A DNA stretch of 32,000 nt from Gemmata obscuriglobus (GTDB taxonomy: Bacteria > Planctomycetota > Planctomycetia > Gemmatales > Gemmataceae), in assembly GCF_008065095.1 (NCBI RefSeq), contig NZ_CP042911.1:1920001-1952000 (forward strand), written 5' to 3'. This document shows positions 24,750-30,949 of the stretch, one piece after another. Under the pieces are notes generated by a model. That model searched no databases. It had not been told where the DNA came from and worked only from the letters and a program-made list of their open reading frames with translations. The translations under genes were made by a program, and so were the position numbers. Within the stretch, counting starts at the first letter, position 1; each line of letters opens with the position of its first letter.

Positions 24750-25391
24750 ATGTGGCCCAACCGCGAAGAAACCGACCGCCTGCTCGACGAGGCCCGCGCC
24801 GGCGCGCCGGGCGCGGTCGACAAGCTCCTCGGCGAGTTCCGCGACCCGCTGCGCCAGGTCGTCGGCCTGCGGCTCGACCCCGCCGTCGCGCGCCGCGTGG
24901 ACGCCTCCGACATCGTTCAGGACGTGCTGATCGAGGCCAACCAGCGGCTCACCGAGTACCTGAAGAAGCCCGACATGCCGTTCCACCTGTGGCTGCGGCA
25001 CCTCGCGCAGGACCGCATCATCGACACGCACCGCCGGCACCGGCTGGCGCAGCGCCGCAGCGTGGACCGCGAGCAGCCGATCGCCCGCCCGGCGTGGAAC
25101 GACGAGTCGAGCGTCTCCCTCGTCGCGCAACTGATCGACACCGAGCGCACCCCCACGTCCGAAGCGATCCGGCTGGAGCTCCAGCGCCGGCTCGCGACCG
25201 CGATCGACAAGCTCTCCGAGGACGACCGCGAGATCGTGCTCATGCGGCACCACGAGGCGCTGTCGAACCAGGAGGTGGCGCACGCGCTGCAGTTGACCGA
25301 GGCCGCGGCGTCGATGCGGTACTTGCGGGCGCTGCGGCGGTTGCGCACGGTGCTCGTGCCGGACGGACAGGAGCGGCCCGATGACGTCTGA
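24750..25391 (+). CDS. ECF-type sigma-70 family RNA polymerase sigma factor (planctomycete subgroup)
   Basis: The N-terminal extension is ETDRLLDEARAGAPGAVDKLLGEFRDPLRQVVGLRLDPAVARRVDASDIVQDVLIEA. Region 2 reads FHLWLRHLAQDRIIDTHRRH. Region 4 HTH reads LSEDDREIVLMRHHEALSNQEVAHALQLTEAAASMRYLRALRRLR. The layout matches the planctomycete ECF group that is typically linked to Ser/Thr kinases (from memory of TIGR02984 and the ECF-STK literature). Confidence 0.9.
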   Translation: MWPNREETDRLLDEARAGAPGAVDKLLGEFRDPLRQVVGLRLDPAVARRVDASDIVQDVLIEANQRLTEYLKKPDMPFHLWLRHLAQDRIIDTHRRHRLAQRRSVDREQPIARPAWNDESSVSLVAQLIDTERTPTSEAIRLELQRRLATAIDKLSEDDREIVLMRHHEALSNQEVAHALQLTEAAASMRYLRALRRLRTVLVPDGQERPDDV

Positions 25392-25941
25392 TGCCGGCGC
25401 CGCCGGGCGCGCGTACCCGTACTGGTCGGGCTGGCACATGGTCGGCTGCTCGGTGCTGTTCTTCGGGCTCTTCGGCACGTTCGCGGTGTCGCTGTTCCCG
25501 GCCGGGTACGGCCGCGTCCGCACCGGCGACCTGCCGACCGGCGTCGCGATGATGGTGTTCGGCGTGTTCGGCGCGCCCACGCTCGGGATGGCGTTCTGGT
25601 CGCTGGTCACGGGCGTGCGCAACGCGTTCCGCCCGCCGCTGCTGCGGCTCACCGCCGCCGCACTGGTGCTCCCGGTCGAAGCGCGCGGCGAGCCACCGCG
25701 GGGCGAACACGGCGAGCTGCTGTCGCACGAGCCCCCTCAGCCCGAAGCGGTGCCGCTGAACGCGATCCGGACGGTCGCGACGAACGGGGGCGGGCACAAG
25801 CGGGCGCTGGAGGTGGTTCACGACCTCAGCGCCCAGCCGCTCCGCATCGAGGCGCACATGATGCGCCCGGCCGACTTTGACGATCTTGAGGCCCGGTTGA
25901 GGAACGCCGTGCCGGCCGCGTTCGCGACCGCCGTGATGTGA
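25381..25941 (+). CDS. Two-TM membrane protein of unknown function, overlapping the sigma gene by 11 nt
   Basis: ATG at 25381. The hydrophobic segments are MVGCSVLFFGLFGTFAVSLFPAG and GVAMMVFGVFGAPTLGMAFWSLV, followed by a ~100-aa soluble tail. There is no zf-HC2 (HxxxCxxC) anti-sigma motif. GC3 is coding-like. Confidence 0.6.
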   Translation: MTSDAGAAGRAYPYWSGWHMVGCSVLFFGLFGTFAVSLFPAGYGRVRTGDLPTGVAMMVFGVFGAPTLGMAFWSLVTGVRNAFRPPLLRLTAAALVLPVEARGEPPRGEHGELLSHEPPQPEAVPLNAIRTVATNGGGHKRALEVVHDLSAQPLRIEAHMMRPADFDDLEARLRNAVPAAFATAVM

Positions 25942-25954
25942 GCCGAGGGTTCCG

Positions 25955-26413
25955 ATGCCGCCCTTCGACCTCGACACCGCCGCACGGTTCGGCACAGGCC
26001 CCGCCCGCCTGGTGTCGCTCGCCTTGATGATGACGACCCGCGACGGGGCCGATCGGCTCACGTTCGATCCCTCGCGCCGGTCCGGGGCCGGGAGCAGCAC
26101 CGTCGAGTGCCGCATCGGGGGCGACTGGTATAGCCTGGTACCGCCGCCCGATACGGTCCTGCCAAAGTTGACGCGCCTGCTGCGCGAGCTGGCCGGCGGA
26201 CCGGACGGCCGGTTCACCGCGCGTCTCGGCGGGCACGAGTTCGCCGTCCGCGTAGAGATCGTGCCGGTGCCACACCCGCCGTCGTCCGTCCTGGAGTGCT
26301 CGACTCTGGAACTCCCGGTTCTGCCGGAGCTGTCCGGGCGGGCAAATGAACTGCTCGACTCGCACTTTGATGAAAACGGCTCTGTGTATTTTGACGATTC
26401 CGAATTCGCCTGA
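25955..26413 (+). CDS. Standalone GspE/PilB N2-like domain protein A (no ATPase core)
   Basis: 152 aa. ARLVSLALMMTTRDGADRLTFDP...VECRIGGDWYSLVPPPDTVLPKLTRLLRELAG...GRFTARLGGHEFAVRVEIVP parallels the secretion-ATPase N2 segment (L.N.IL..A...GASDIHIEP....R.RIDG.L.....P......I..RIK.LA....QDGRI....G...D.RVS..P). There is no Walker A motif. The call comes from by-eye alignment. Confidence 0.5.
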   Translation: MPPFDLDTAARFGTGPARLVSLALMMTTRDGADRLTFDPSRRSGAGSSTVECRIGGDWYSLVPPPDTVLPKLTRLLRELAGGPDGRFTARLGGHEFAVRVEIVPVPHPPSSVLECSTLELPVLPELSGRANELLDSHFDENGSVYFDDSEFA

Positions 26414-26431
26414 CTGCCTCGTGAGGTTCCC

Positions 26432-26908
26432 GTGCTGGCTTATGAATCCGTCGATCAGCTTCTCGGCGAATCGGACGTTAAGCGCTTCCTGCACGTCGTG
26501 ATCTTGAACGCGATCCGCGACAAGGCGACGCAGCTCGAAGTGCGGTTCGGCGAAGAGGGCGGGCTGCTGTACTACCGCGTGGACGGCCGCGACTGGGAGC
26601 TGTCGGCGCCGCCGGACGAGGTGTACCCGCTGATCAAAGAGGCGGTGCGCGAGGCGTCCGTGCTGGTGTCGCCCGAGCGCCCGGAGCTGACGGTCATCGC
26701 GGGCATCCCGGGGGCGCGGTACGAACCGCTCGAAGCCGGGTGGCTCACGTACCAGATCGGCGGCCGGTGGATCGACCTCGCGGTGCGCATCGACCCCCGG
26801 GAGCCCTACGGCTTCATCCGGTTCGACATCGACGACGCGACCGAGTTCGCGGACGACGCGGCCGAGGCGCTCGCGGACTACGCGGCCCGCCTCGGGGAAG
26901 ACGAGTAA
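26432..26908 (+). CDS. Standalone GspE/PilB N2-like domain protein B (no ATPase core)
   Basis: GTG start, 158 aa. VKRFLHVVILNAIRDKATQLEVRFGEEGGLLYYRVDGRDWELSAPPDEVYPLIKEAVREASVL....GWLTYQIGGRWIDLAVRIDPREPYGFIRFDI aligns by eye with EpsE/PilB (IIKLINAMLGEAIKEGASDIHIE...IRFRVDGVLREVLAP...LVSRVKVMAKL...DGRISLRIGGRAVDVRVSTMPS.HGERVVMRL). It ends in an acidic tail, and no P-loop follows. Confidence 0.6.
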   Translation: MLAYESVDQLLGESDVKRFLHVVILNAIRDKATQLEVRFGEEGGLLYYRVDGRDWELSAPPDEVYPLIKEAVREASVLVSPERPELTVIAGIPGARYEPLEAGWLTYQIGGRWIDLAVRIDPREPYGFIRFDIDDATEFADDAAEALADYAARLGEDE

Positions 26909-26920
26909 AGGCAGAAGGCG

Positions 26921-27133
26921 TTTTTTACCGCAGAGGGCACGAGAGGGCGCAGAGAGAAACAAGAGTGAGGAAGGCTCAGCTCTCTTGTCTTTCTCTCTGC
27001 GCCCTCTGCGGTGAGCACTCTTTAGACTTTTTTTACCGCAGAGGGCACGAGAGGGCGCAGAGAGAAAGACAAGCGAGGGGCACCTCAACTCTCTGTTCGT
27101 TCTCTCTGCGCCCTCTCGTGCCCTCTGCGGTGA
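26921..27133. repeat. Two tandem copies of a long palindromic (REP-like) element
   Basis: A 39-nt direct repeat TTTTTTACCGCAGAGGGCACGAGAGGGCGCAGAGAGAAA occurs at 26921-26959 and 27029-27067. Each copy pairs with a downstream ...TTCTCTCTGCGCCCTC(TCGTGCCCTC)TGCGGTGA arm. The copy-1 right arm lacks the 10-nt TCGTGCCCTC segment. It fills the gap between the N2-like gene and the kinase gene. Confidence 0.7.
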
Positions 27134-27152
27134 ACCCTTTTTATTTTGAGCC

Positions 27153-28874
27153 ATGGCGCACGACCACGACGAGCAGTTGGCGTTGCTCATCGACCGGCTC
27201 GCGTTCGAGCAGCGGGCCGGGCGCCCCGCGGACGTGGACTCCGCGGCCCGCGAGCACCCCGAACTGGCGGCCGAGTTGCGCGAGCTGTGGGCGGTGGCCC
27301 AGTTCGCGCACCTGGCCCGCCCGGCCGAGCCGGCCCCGCACGCGGTCACCCTGTCCTACCCGGACGCGCCGACGCCCACGGACCGGGCCGAGCACGGGTC
27401 CGCGGCGCTGCCCCGCGACTTCGGCGACTTCGAGCTGCTCGAAGAGGTGGGGCGCGGGGGCATGGGGGTCGTGTACCGCGCCCGGCAGAAGAGCCTCAAC
27501 CGCGTCGTCGCGCTCAAGCTGGTCCGCGAAGCGCACCTCGCGACCGACGCCGACCGCGCGCGATTCCGCACCGAGGCCGAGTCCGCGGCGCGGCTCAAGC
27601 ACCCCAACATCGTAACCGTGTACGACGTGGGCACGGCCGGCGGGCAGGCGTACCTGTGCATGGAGTTCGTCGACGGGCCGACGCTCGCGGAGAAGGTCCG
27701 CACCGGCGGCCCGCTCCCGCCCCGCGCGGCCGCCGCGCTGGTCGCCGTGATCGCCCGGGCGGTCGAGCACGCGCACGCCGCGGGCATCCTGCACCGGGAC
27801 CTGAAGCCGAGCAACATCCTGCTCGGGGGCGCGGAACGGAAAGCCGACCCGCTGCCGCTTTCGGGTTCCGATTCCGCGCTCCGCGCCACGGCCTCGGCGC
27901 TCCAGCCGAAGGTGTCCGATTTCGGCCTCGCGAAGCAGATCGACCGATCGGAGGGCATCACCAAAACCGGCCTCGTGGTCGGGACGCCGAGCTACATGGC
28001 GCCCGAACAGGCCGCGCGGCGCAAGGACCTCACACCGACCGCCGACGTGTACGCGCTCGGCGCCATCCTGTACGAACTGCTCACCGGGCGCCCGCCGTTC
28101 CAGGCCGCCCACCCCGTCGACACCCTGCTCCTCGTCATGGAGCAAGAGCCGGTGCCGCCGCGGCACCTCAACGCGACCGTCGACCGCGAGCTGGAACTCA
28201 TCTGCCTGAAGTGCCTCCAGAAGCCCGCCGAGATGCGGTACCCGTCGGCCGCCGCCCTGGCGACGGACCTCGAAGCCTACGCGGCCGGGCAGCCGGTCGC
28301 GGCGGCGCCCAGCGGGCTGCGGTTCTTCATGGCGCGGCTGTTCCGCGAGACGCACCACGCCGACGTGCTCGAGAACTGGGGCAAGCTGTGGATCTTCCAC
28401 AGCGTCATGATCTTCCTGCTGTGCCTGCTCACACAGGTGCTGGCCTGGGAAGGCTACAAGGACCACGTGTGGTACATGGGGTTCTGGTCGGTCGGGCTGG
28501 TCACCTGGGGCACGATCTTGTGGCAGTTGCGCAAGGCCGCCGGGCCGGTGCTGTTCGTGGAGCGGCAGATCGCGCACGCGTGGGCGGCCGGCGTGTGCGC
28601 CAGCATCGCGATGTTCTGGATCGAGTGGCTGGCGCAGCTCCCGGCGCTGACGCTGTCGCCGGCGGTCGCGGTCGCGGCCGGGATGGTGATGATGTTCAAG
28701 GCCGGCATCCTGTCGGGGCGGTTCTACGGCTGGGCCGCGCTGAACTTCGGCGCCTCGGTCGTGATGCCACTGGTTCCGCAGGTGAGCATTCTGCTGTTCG
28801 GGGCGGTGTCGGCGCTGTCGTTCTTTGTCCCGGGGCTGAAGTACTATCGCCAGAGGAAGGCGCGGATCGCGTAG
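27153..28874 (+). CDS. Ser/Thr protein kinase with N-terminal helical extension and C-terminal polytopic membrane domain
   Basis: Hanks motifs: GRGGMGVVYRA, VALKLV, HRDLKPSNILL, DFGLAK, SYMAPEQ. The N-terminal ~95 aa read EQLALLIDRLAFEQRAGRPADVD...HPELAAELRELWAV. The C-terminus has about six hydrophobic helices (LWIFHSVMIFLLCLLTQVLAW ... ILLFGAVSALSFFVPGL). Confidence 0.9.
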   Translation: MAHDHDEQLALLIDRLAFEQRAGRPADVDSAAREHPELAAELRELWAVAQFAHLARPAEPAPHAVTLSYPDAPTPTDRAEHGSAALPRDFGDFELLEEVGRGGMGVVYRARQKSLNRVVALKLVREAHLATDADRARFRTEAESAARLKHPNIVTVYDVGTAGGQAYLCMEFVDGPTLAEKVRTGGPLPPRAAAALVAVIARAVEHAHAAGILHRDLKPSNILLGGAERKADPLPLSGSDSALRATASALQPKVSDFGLAKQIDRSEGITKTGLVVGTPSYMAPEQAARRKDLTPTADVYALGAILYELLTGRPPFQAAHPVDTLLLVMEQEPVPPRHLNATVDRELELICLKCLQKPAEMRYPSAAALATDLEAYAAGQPVAAAPSGLRFFMARLFRETHHADVLENWGKLWIFHSVMIFLLCLLTQVLAWEGYKDHVWYMGFWSVGLVTWGTILWQLRKAAGPVLFVERQIAHAWAAGVCASIAMFWIEWLAQLPALTLSPAVAVAAGMVMMFKAGILSGRFYGWAALNFGASVVMPLVPQVSILLFGAVSALSFFVPGLKYYRQRKARIA

Positions 28875-28936
28875 GCGCCCCGGCCGAGCGGCCGGATTCA
28901 CCGCCCGACCGATCGTGTCTGCTTTTGCTGACGGCT

Positions 28937-29004
28937 TTGTGGCACAGACATTCCTGTCTGTGCGGTAATTTTGAGGAACACAGACAGGAATGTCTGTGCC
29001 ACAA
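28937..29004. repeat. Perfect 26-bp-stem hairpin with self-palindromic arms (REP-like; possible terminator of the kinase gene)
   Basis: TTGTGGCACAGACATTCCTGTCTGTG (28937-28962) is the exact reverse complement of CACAGACAGGAATGTCTGTGCCACAA (28979-29004), with a 16-nt loop. Each arm also contains CACAGACA-N4-TGTCTGTG. Confidence 0.7.
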
Positions 29005-29039
29005 GAAACAGACTACGGCCGGAAGGCCAAGAGCTTGCT

Positions 29040-29948
29040 ATGAGTCGCAGGACGCGCCGTGTGTTGTGGGTGGTCGCCGCGCTCGGTTCGCTGCCGCTGC
29101 TGGTGGTCGGGCTGTTCGCGCTAAACGGTCTCGCCCTCGCCGGCCGGCAGGCGCCGCGGATGCAGCACCTCGCGGACGTGCCCGTAGCCGCGTCGCGGTC
29201 CCCGGCGGGGGAGGCCACGTTCGTCAGTTACAACATCGCGAAGGGGTTCGCCCACAGGGGCGGGCTGAAGTTCGAGTCGCGCGAGTTCGTGCTGGCGAAG
29301 CTCCGGCGCATGGCCGAAGTCATCCGGGCCGAGCAACCCGACGCGGTGTTCCTCTCGGAAGCCCTCACCGAGCTGGCGCCCTGTAACGTCGATCAGGTCG
29401 AGTACCTCGCGCGTGAGTGCGGGCTGCCGCACGTCGCGGCCGGCGAGAACTACAACGTCGGCCTCCCGTTCGCGCGCGTGGCCGGCGGCAACGCGATCCT
29501 GTCGCGCACGCCGCTCACGCCGGTCGCGAACATCGACCTGGCGGGCCGGAAACCGTTCTGGGTGACGGGGAACAACCGGCGGGCGCTGTTCGTGTCGGCC
29601 GAGTTCGGCGGGCGACCGGTGCTGATGGCCGCCCTGCACAACGACTCGTTCGACATGCGGAACAACCTGACGCAGGCGCAGCAACTTTTGGACTTCGTGG
29701 GCGACCGGCCCGCGATTCTGGCGGGCGATTTCAACAACCGGCCCGAGAACGCGTCGATCAAGCTGATCCGCGACACCGGCAAGTTCTGCGGCGCGTTCGA
29801 CGGCCCGCCGACGTTCTTCGAGGGCACGCGCGCCGAGCGCCTCGACTACATCTTCGCCCCGGCCGGGTGGGAGTTGCTCGAATCGCGTGTGGTCGCCGAC
29901 GACACGTCGGACCACCGCCCGCTCGTGTGCCGGTTCAAGGTGAAATGA
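29040..29948 (+). CDS. Endonuclease/exonuclease/phosphatase (EEP) family protein with N-terminal membrane anchor or signal
   Basis: I prefer the ATG at 29040 (MSRRTRRVLWVVAALGSLPLLVVGLFAL) over the track start 28971, which lies inside the hairpin. EEP hallmarks: FVSYNI, PDAVFLSEA, GNAILSR, ILAGDFN, RLDYIF, and a C-terminal SDHRPLVCRF. Confidence 0.85.
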   Translation: MSRRTRRVLWVVAALGSLPLLVVGLFALNGLALAGRQAPRMQHLADVPVAASRSPAGEATFVSYNIAKGFAHRGGLKFESREFVLAKLRRMAEVIRAEQPDAVFLSEALTELAPCNVDQVEYLARECGLPHVAAGENYNVGLPFARVAGGNAILSRTPLTPVANIDLAGRKPFWVTGNNRRALFVSAEFGGRPVLMAALHNDSFDMRNNLTQAQQLLDFVGDRPAILAGDFNNRPENASIKLIRDTGKFCGAFDGPPTFFEGTRAERLDYIFAPAGWELLESRVVADDTSDHRPLVCRFKVK

Positions 29949-29989
29949 CGACCGGACCAAGTCCGATTGAAGGGTATTGGTGATTGGGA

Positions 29990-30053
29990 GCGCCACCCGC
30001 CTGCGTCAGCAGGCGGGTGGCGCACACAAGTGACGAACTGGAAACGACTGGAT
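29990..30053. repeat. Truncated copy of the 10269-10420 repeat family
   Basis: GCGCCACCCGCCTGC (29990-30004) pairs with GCAGGCGGGTGGCGC (30009-30023) across a 4-nt loop. It is followed by ...GAACTGGAAACGACTGGAT (to 30053). The reverse complement ATCCAGTCGTTTCCAGTTCGTCACTTGTGTGCGCCACCCG closely parallels 10266-10303 (ATTCCAGTCGTTTCACGTTGTCGGTTGTGCGCCACCCG). Confidence 0.55.
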
Positions 30054-30067
30054 TTGGTGTCCAAAGC

Positions 30068-30304
30068 TCATGCGCGGTCGCGCAAGGCGGTGTGCCCGGC
30101 GTGCTTCGCGCAGTTCGCACAACAGTAGATGACGCCGCCCTGTTCGACGCCGTGTCCCACGACCCGGCACCCGCAGTGCGAGCACTCGGGCGCCAGGGCG
30201 TGAATCGCGCACTCGAACGAGTCGAACGTGTGCTCGCTGCCGTCGGTTTCCGTCACGGTGAACGCCTTATCGTACTCGTTGCCACACACTTCGCACTTCT
30301 TCAT
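30068..30304 (-). CDS. Small Cys/His-rich (three CxxC) putative metal-binding protein
   Basis: I prefer the ATG at 30304 (MKKCEVCGNEYDKAF...), which has GAGGGG 5 nt upstream, over the track start at 30322. It is 78 aa with 9 Cys and 6 His (counted). CxxC occurs at residues 4-7, 41-44 and 62-65. FDSFECAIHALAP and CCANCA are typical of a conserved small bacterial family whose name I cannot recall. Confidence 0.7.
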   Translation of the reverse strand: MKKCEVCGNEYDKAFTVTETDGSEHTFDSFECAIHALAPECSHCGCRVVGHGVEQGGVIYCCANCAKHAGHTALRDRA

Positions 30305-30410
30305 TGGTGCCCCTCGGTTCATGTCCGCTCATGCGGTGATGGTGTTCCCCTCCGCGCCGCAGGTAGTGCAAATAGCACGCCCATCTGATCGTGACGCACC
30401 TATGCCGGGG

Positions 30411-30440
30411 CAAAAAAGAAAACGCGGCCGAATGGCCGCG
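30411..30440 (-). terminator. Canonical intrinsic terminator of the Tyr-rich peptide gene
   Basis: On the minus strand the sequence is CGCGGCC-ATTC-GGCCGCG (7-bp GC stem, 4-nt loop; + strand 30423-30440), followed by TTTTCTTTTTTG (+ strand A-run 30411-30422). It starts ~20 nt after the stop at 30461. Confidence 0.7.
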
Positions 30441-30460
30441 CTTCTGCTCGCACACACCGA

Positions 30461-30784
30461 CTACCAGCGCCGGAACCCGCGATACCCGCCGTACCCGCTC
30501 CGCCAACCGGCCCCGTATGCGCCATACGACGGATACGCGCGGTAGCCGGACCAACCCCATGTGGAGTATGGGTTCGACCAGCCGTAGGAGTACGTGCGGT
30601 AACCAGGGTAGTTGTACGCGTAGTTGTAGGAGTAAGACGGGTACGAATAGTACCCCGCCGGGTATACATACGGGCTGCTGTTGATCGACGGGTACACGAC
30701 CACCTGGGCGCTGGCCTTCGCCGGTTGCCCGGCCGTAACTGCGAGTGCGGCGACGACCGCCGCGGAGAAGAGTGACGTGCGCAT
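30461..30784 (-). CDS. Secreted Tyr/Gly/Ser/Pro-rich low-complexity peptide
   Basis: ATG at 30784, with AAGGGG 6 nt upstream; the track ORF 30461..30892 starts further upstream. The signal peptide is MRTSLFSAAVVAALAVTAGQPAKA. The 83-aa mature part has 21 Tyr (counted): ...YVYPAGYYSYPSYSYNYAYNYPGYRTYSYGWSNPYSTWGWSGYRAYPSYGAYGAGWRSGYGGYRGFRRW. A canonical terminator follows. Confidence 0.65.
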   Translation of the reverse strand: MRTSLFSAAVVAALAVTAGQPAKASAQVVVYPSINSSPYVYPAGYYSYPSYSYNYAYNYPGYRTYSYGWSNPYSTWGWSGYRAYPSYGAYGAGWRSGYGGYRGFRRW

Positions 30785-30949
30785 CGGATGCCCCTTTCGT
30801 AGTCGAGCACAGGCGAGGGCGGACATCCGAACTGTTGAGCAAGTTGCGCGCCCGTCCGGTTGCTGAAACCGCCCCGGGGCCATACGTTGCAAGCAGTCCG
30901 CCCGGTGCGGTTCAGTGAGCGTGCGCCCACAACGGCTGTGAGGACACCA

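Noticed and set aside
22565-24913. Very long antisense or alternate-frame ORFs. Examples: 22565..24913 (-) 782 aa, 27141..28901 (-) 586 aa, 25826..27349 (-) 507 aa, 3632..4987 (-) 451 aa, 18585..19859 (-) 424 aa, 10945..12321 (-), 1122..2234 (+), 15321..17018 (+) N-terminal part, and 27146..29386 (+).
   Set aside because: Their translations are Arg/Pro/Gly/Ala-rich with no recognisable motifs, as expected of open shadow frames in very GC-rich DNA. Each overlaps a gene in another frame that has clear family signatures and GC3-type codon usage.
26921-27133. A possible CRISPR array, suggested by repeated ~39-nt units with dyad symmetry.
   Set aside because: There are only two copies. The 'spacer' between them is the complementary arm of the same palindrome. 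There are no cas genes and no leader. This matches a REP/MITE-like tandem palindrome, not CRISPR.
28971-29039. The upstream start (28971) for the EEP-family gene as given in the ORF track.
   Set aside because: The extra 23 codons (MRNTDRNVCATRNRLRPEGQELA) are encoded by the right arm of the 28937-29004 hairpin. The ATG at 29040 gives a typical basic-then-hydrophobic N-terminus (MSRRTRRVLWVVAALGSLPLLVV).
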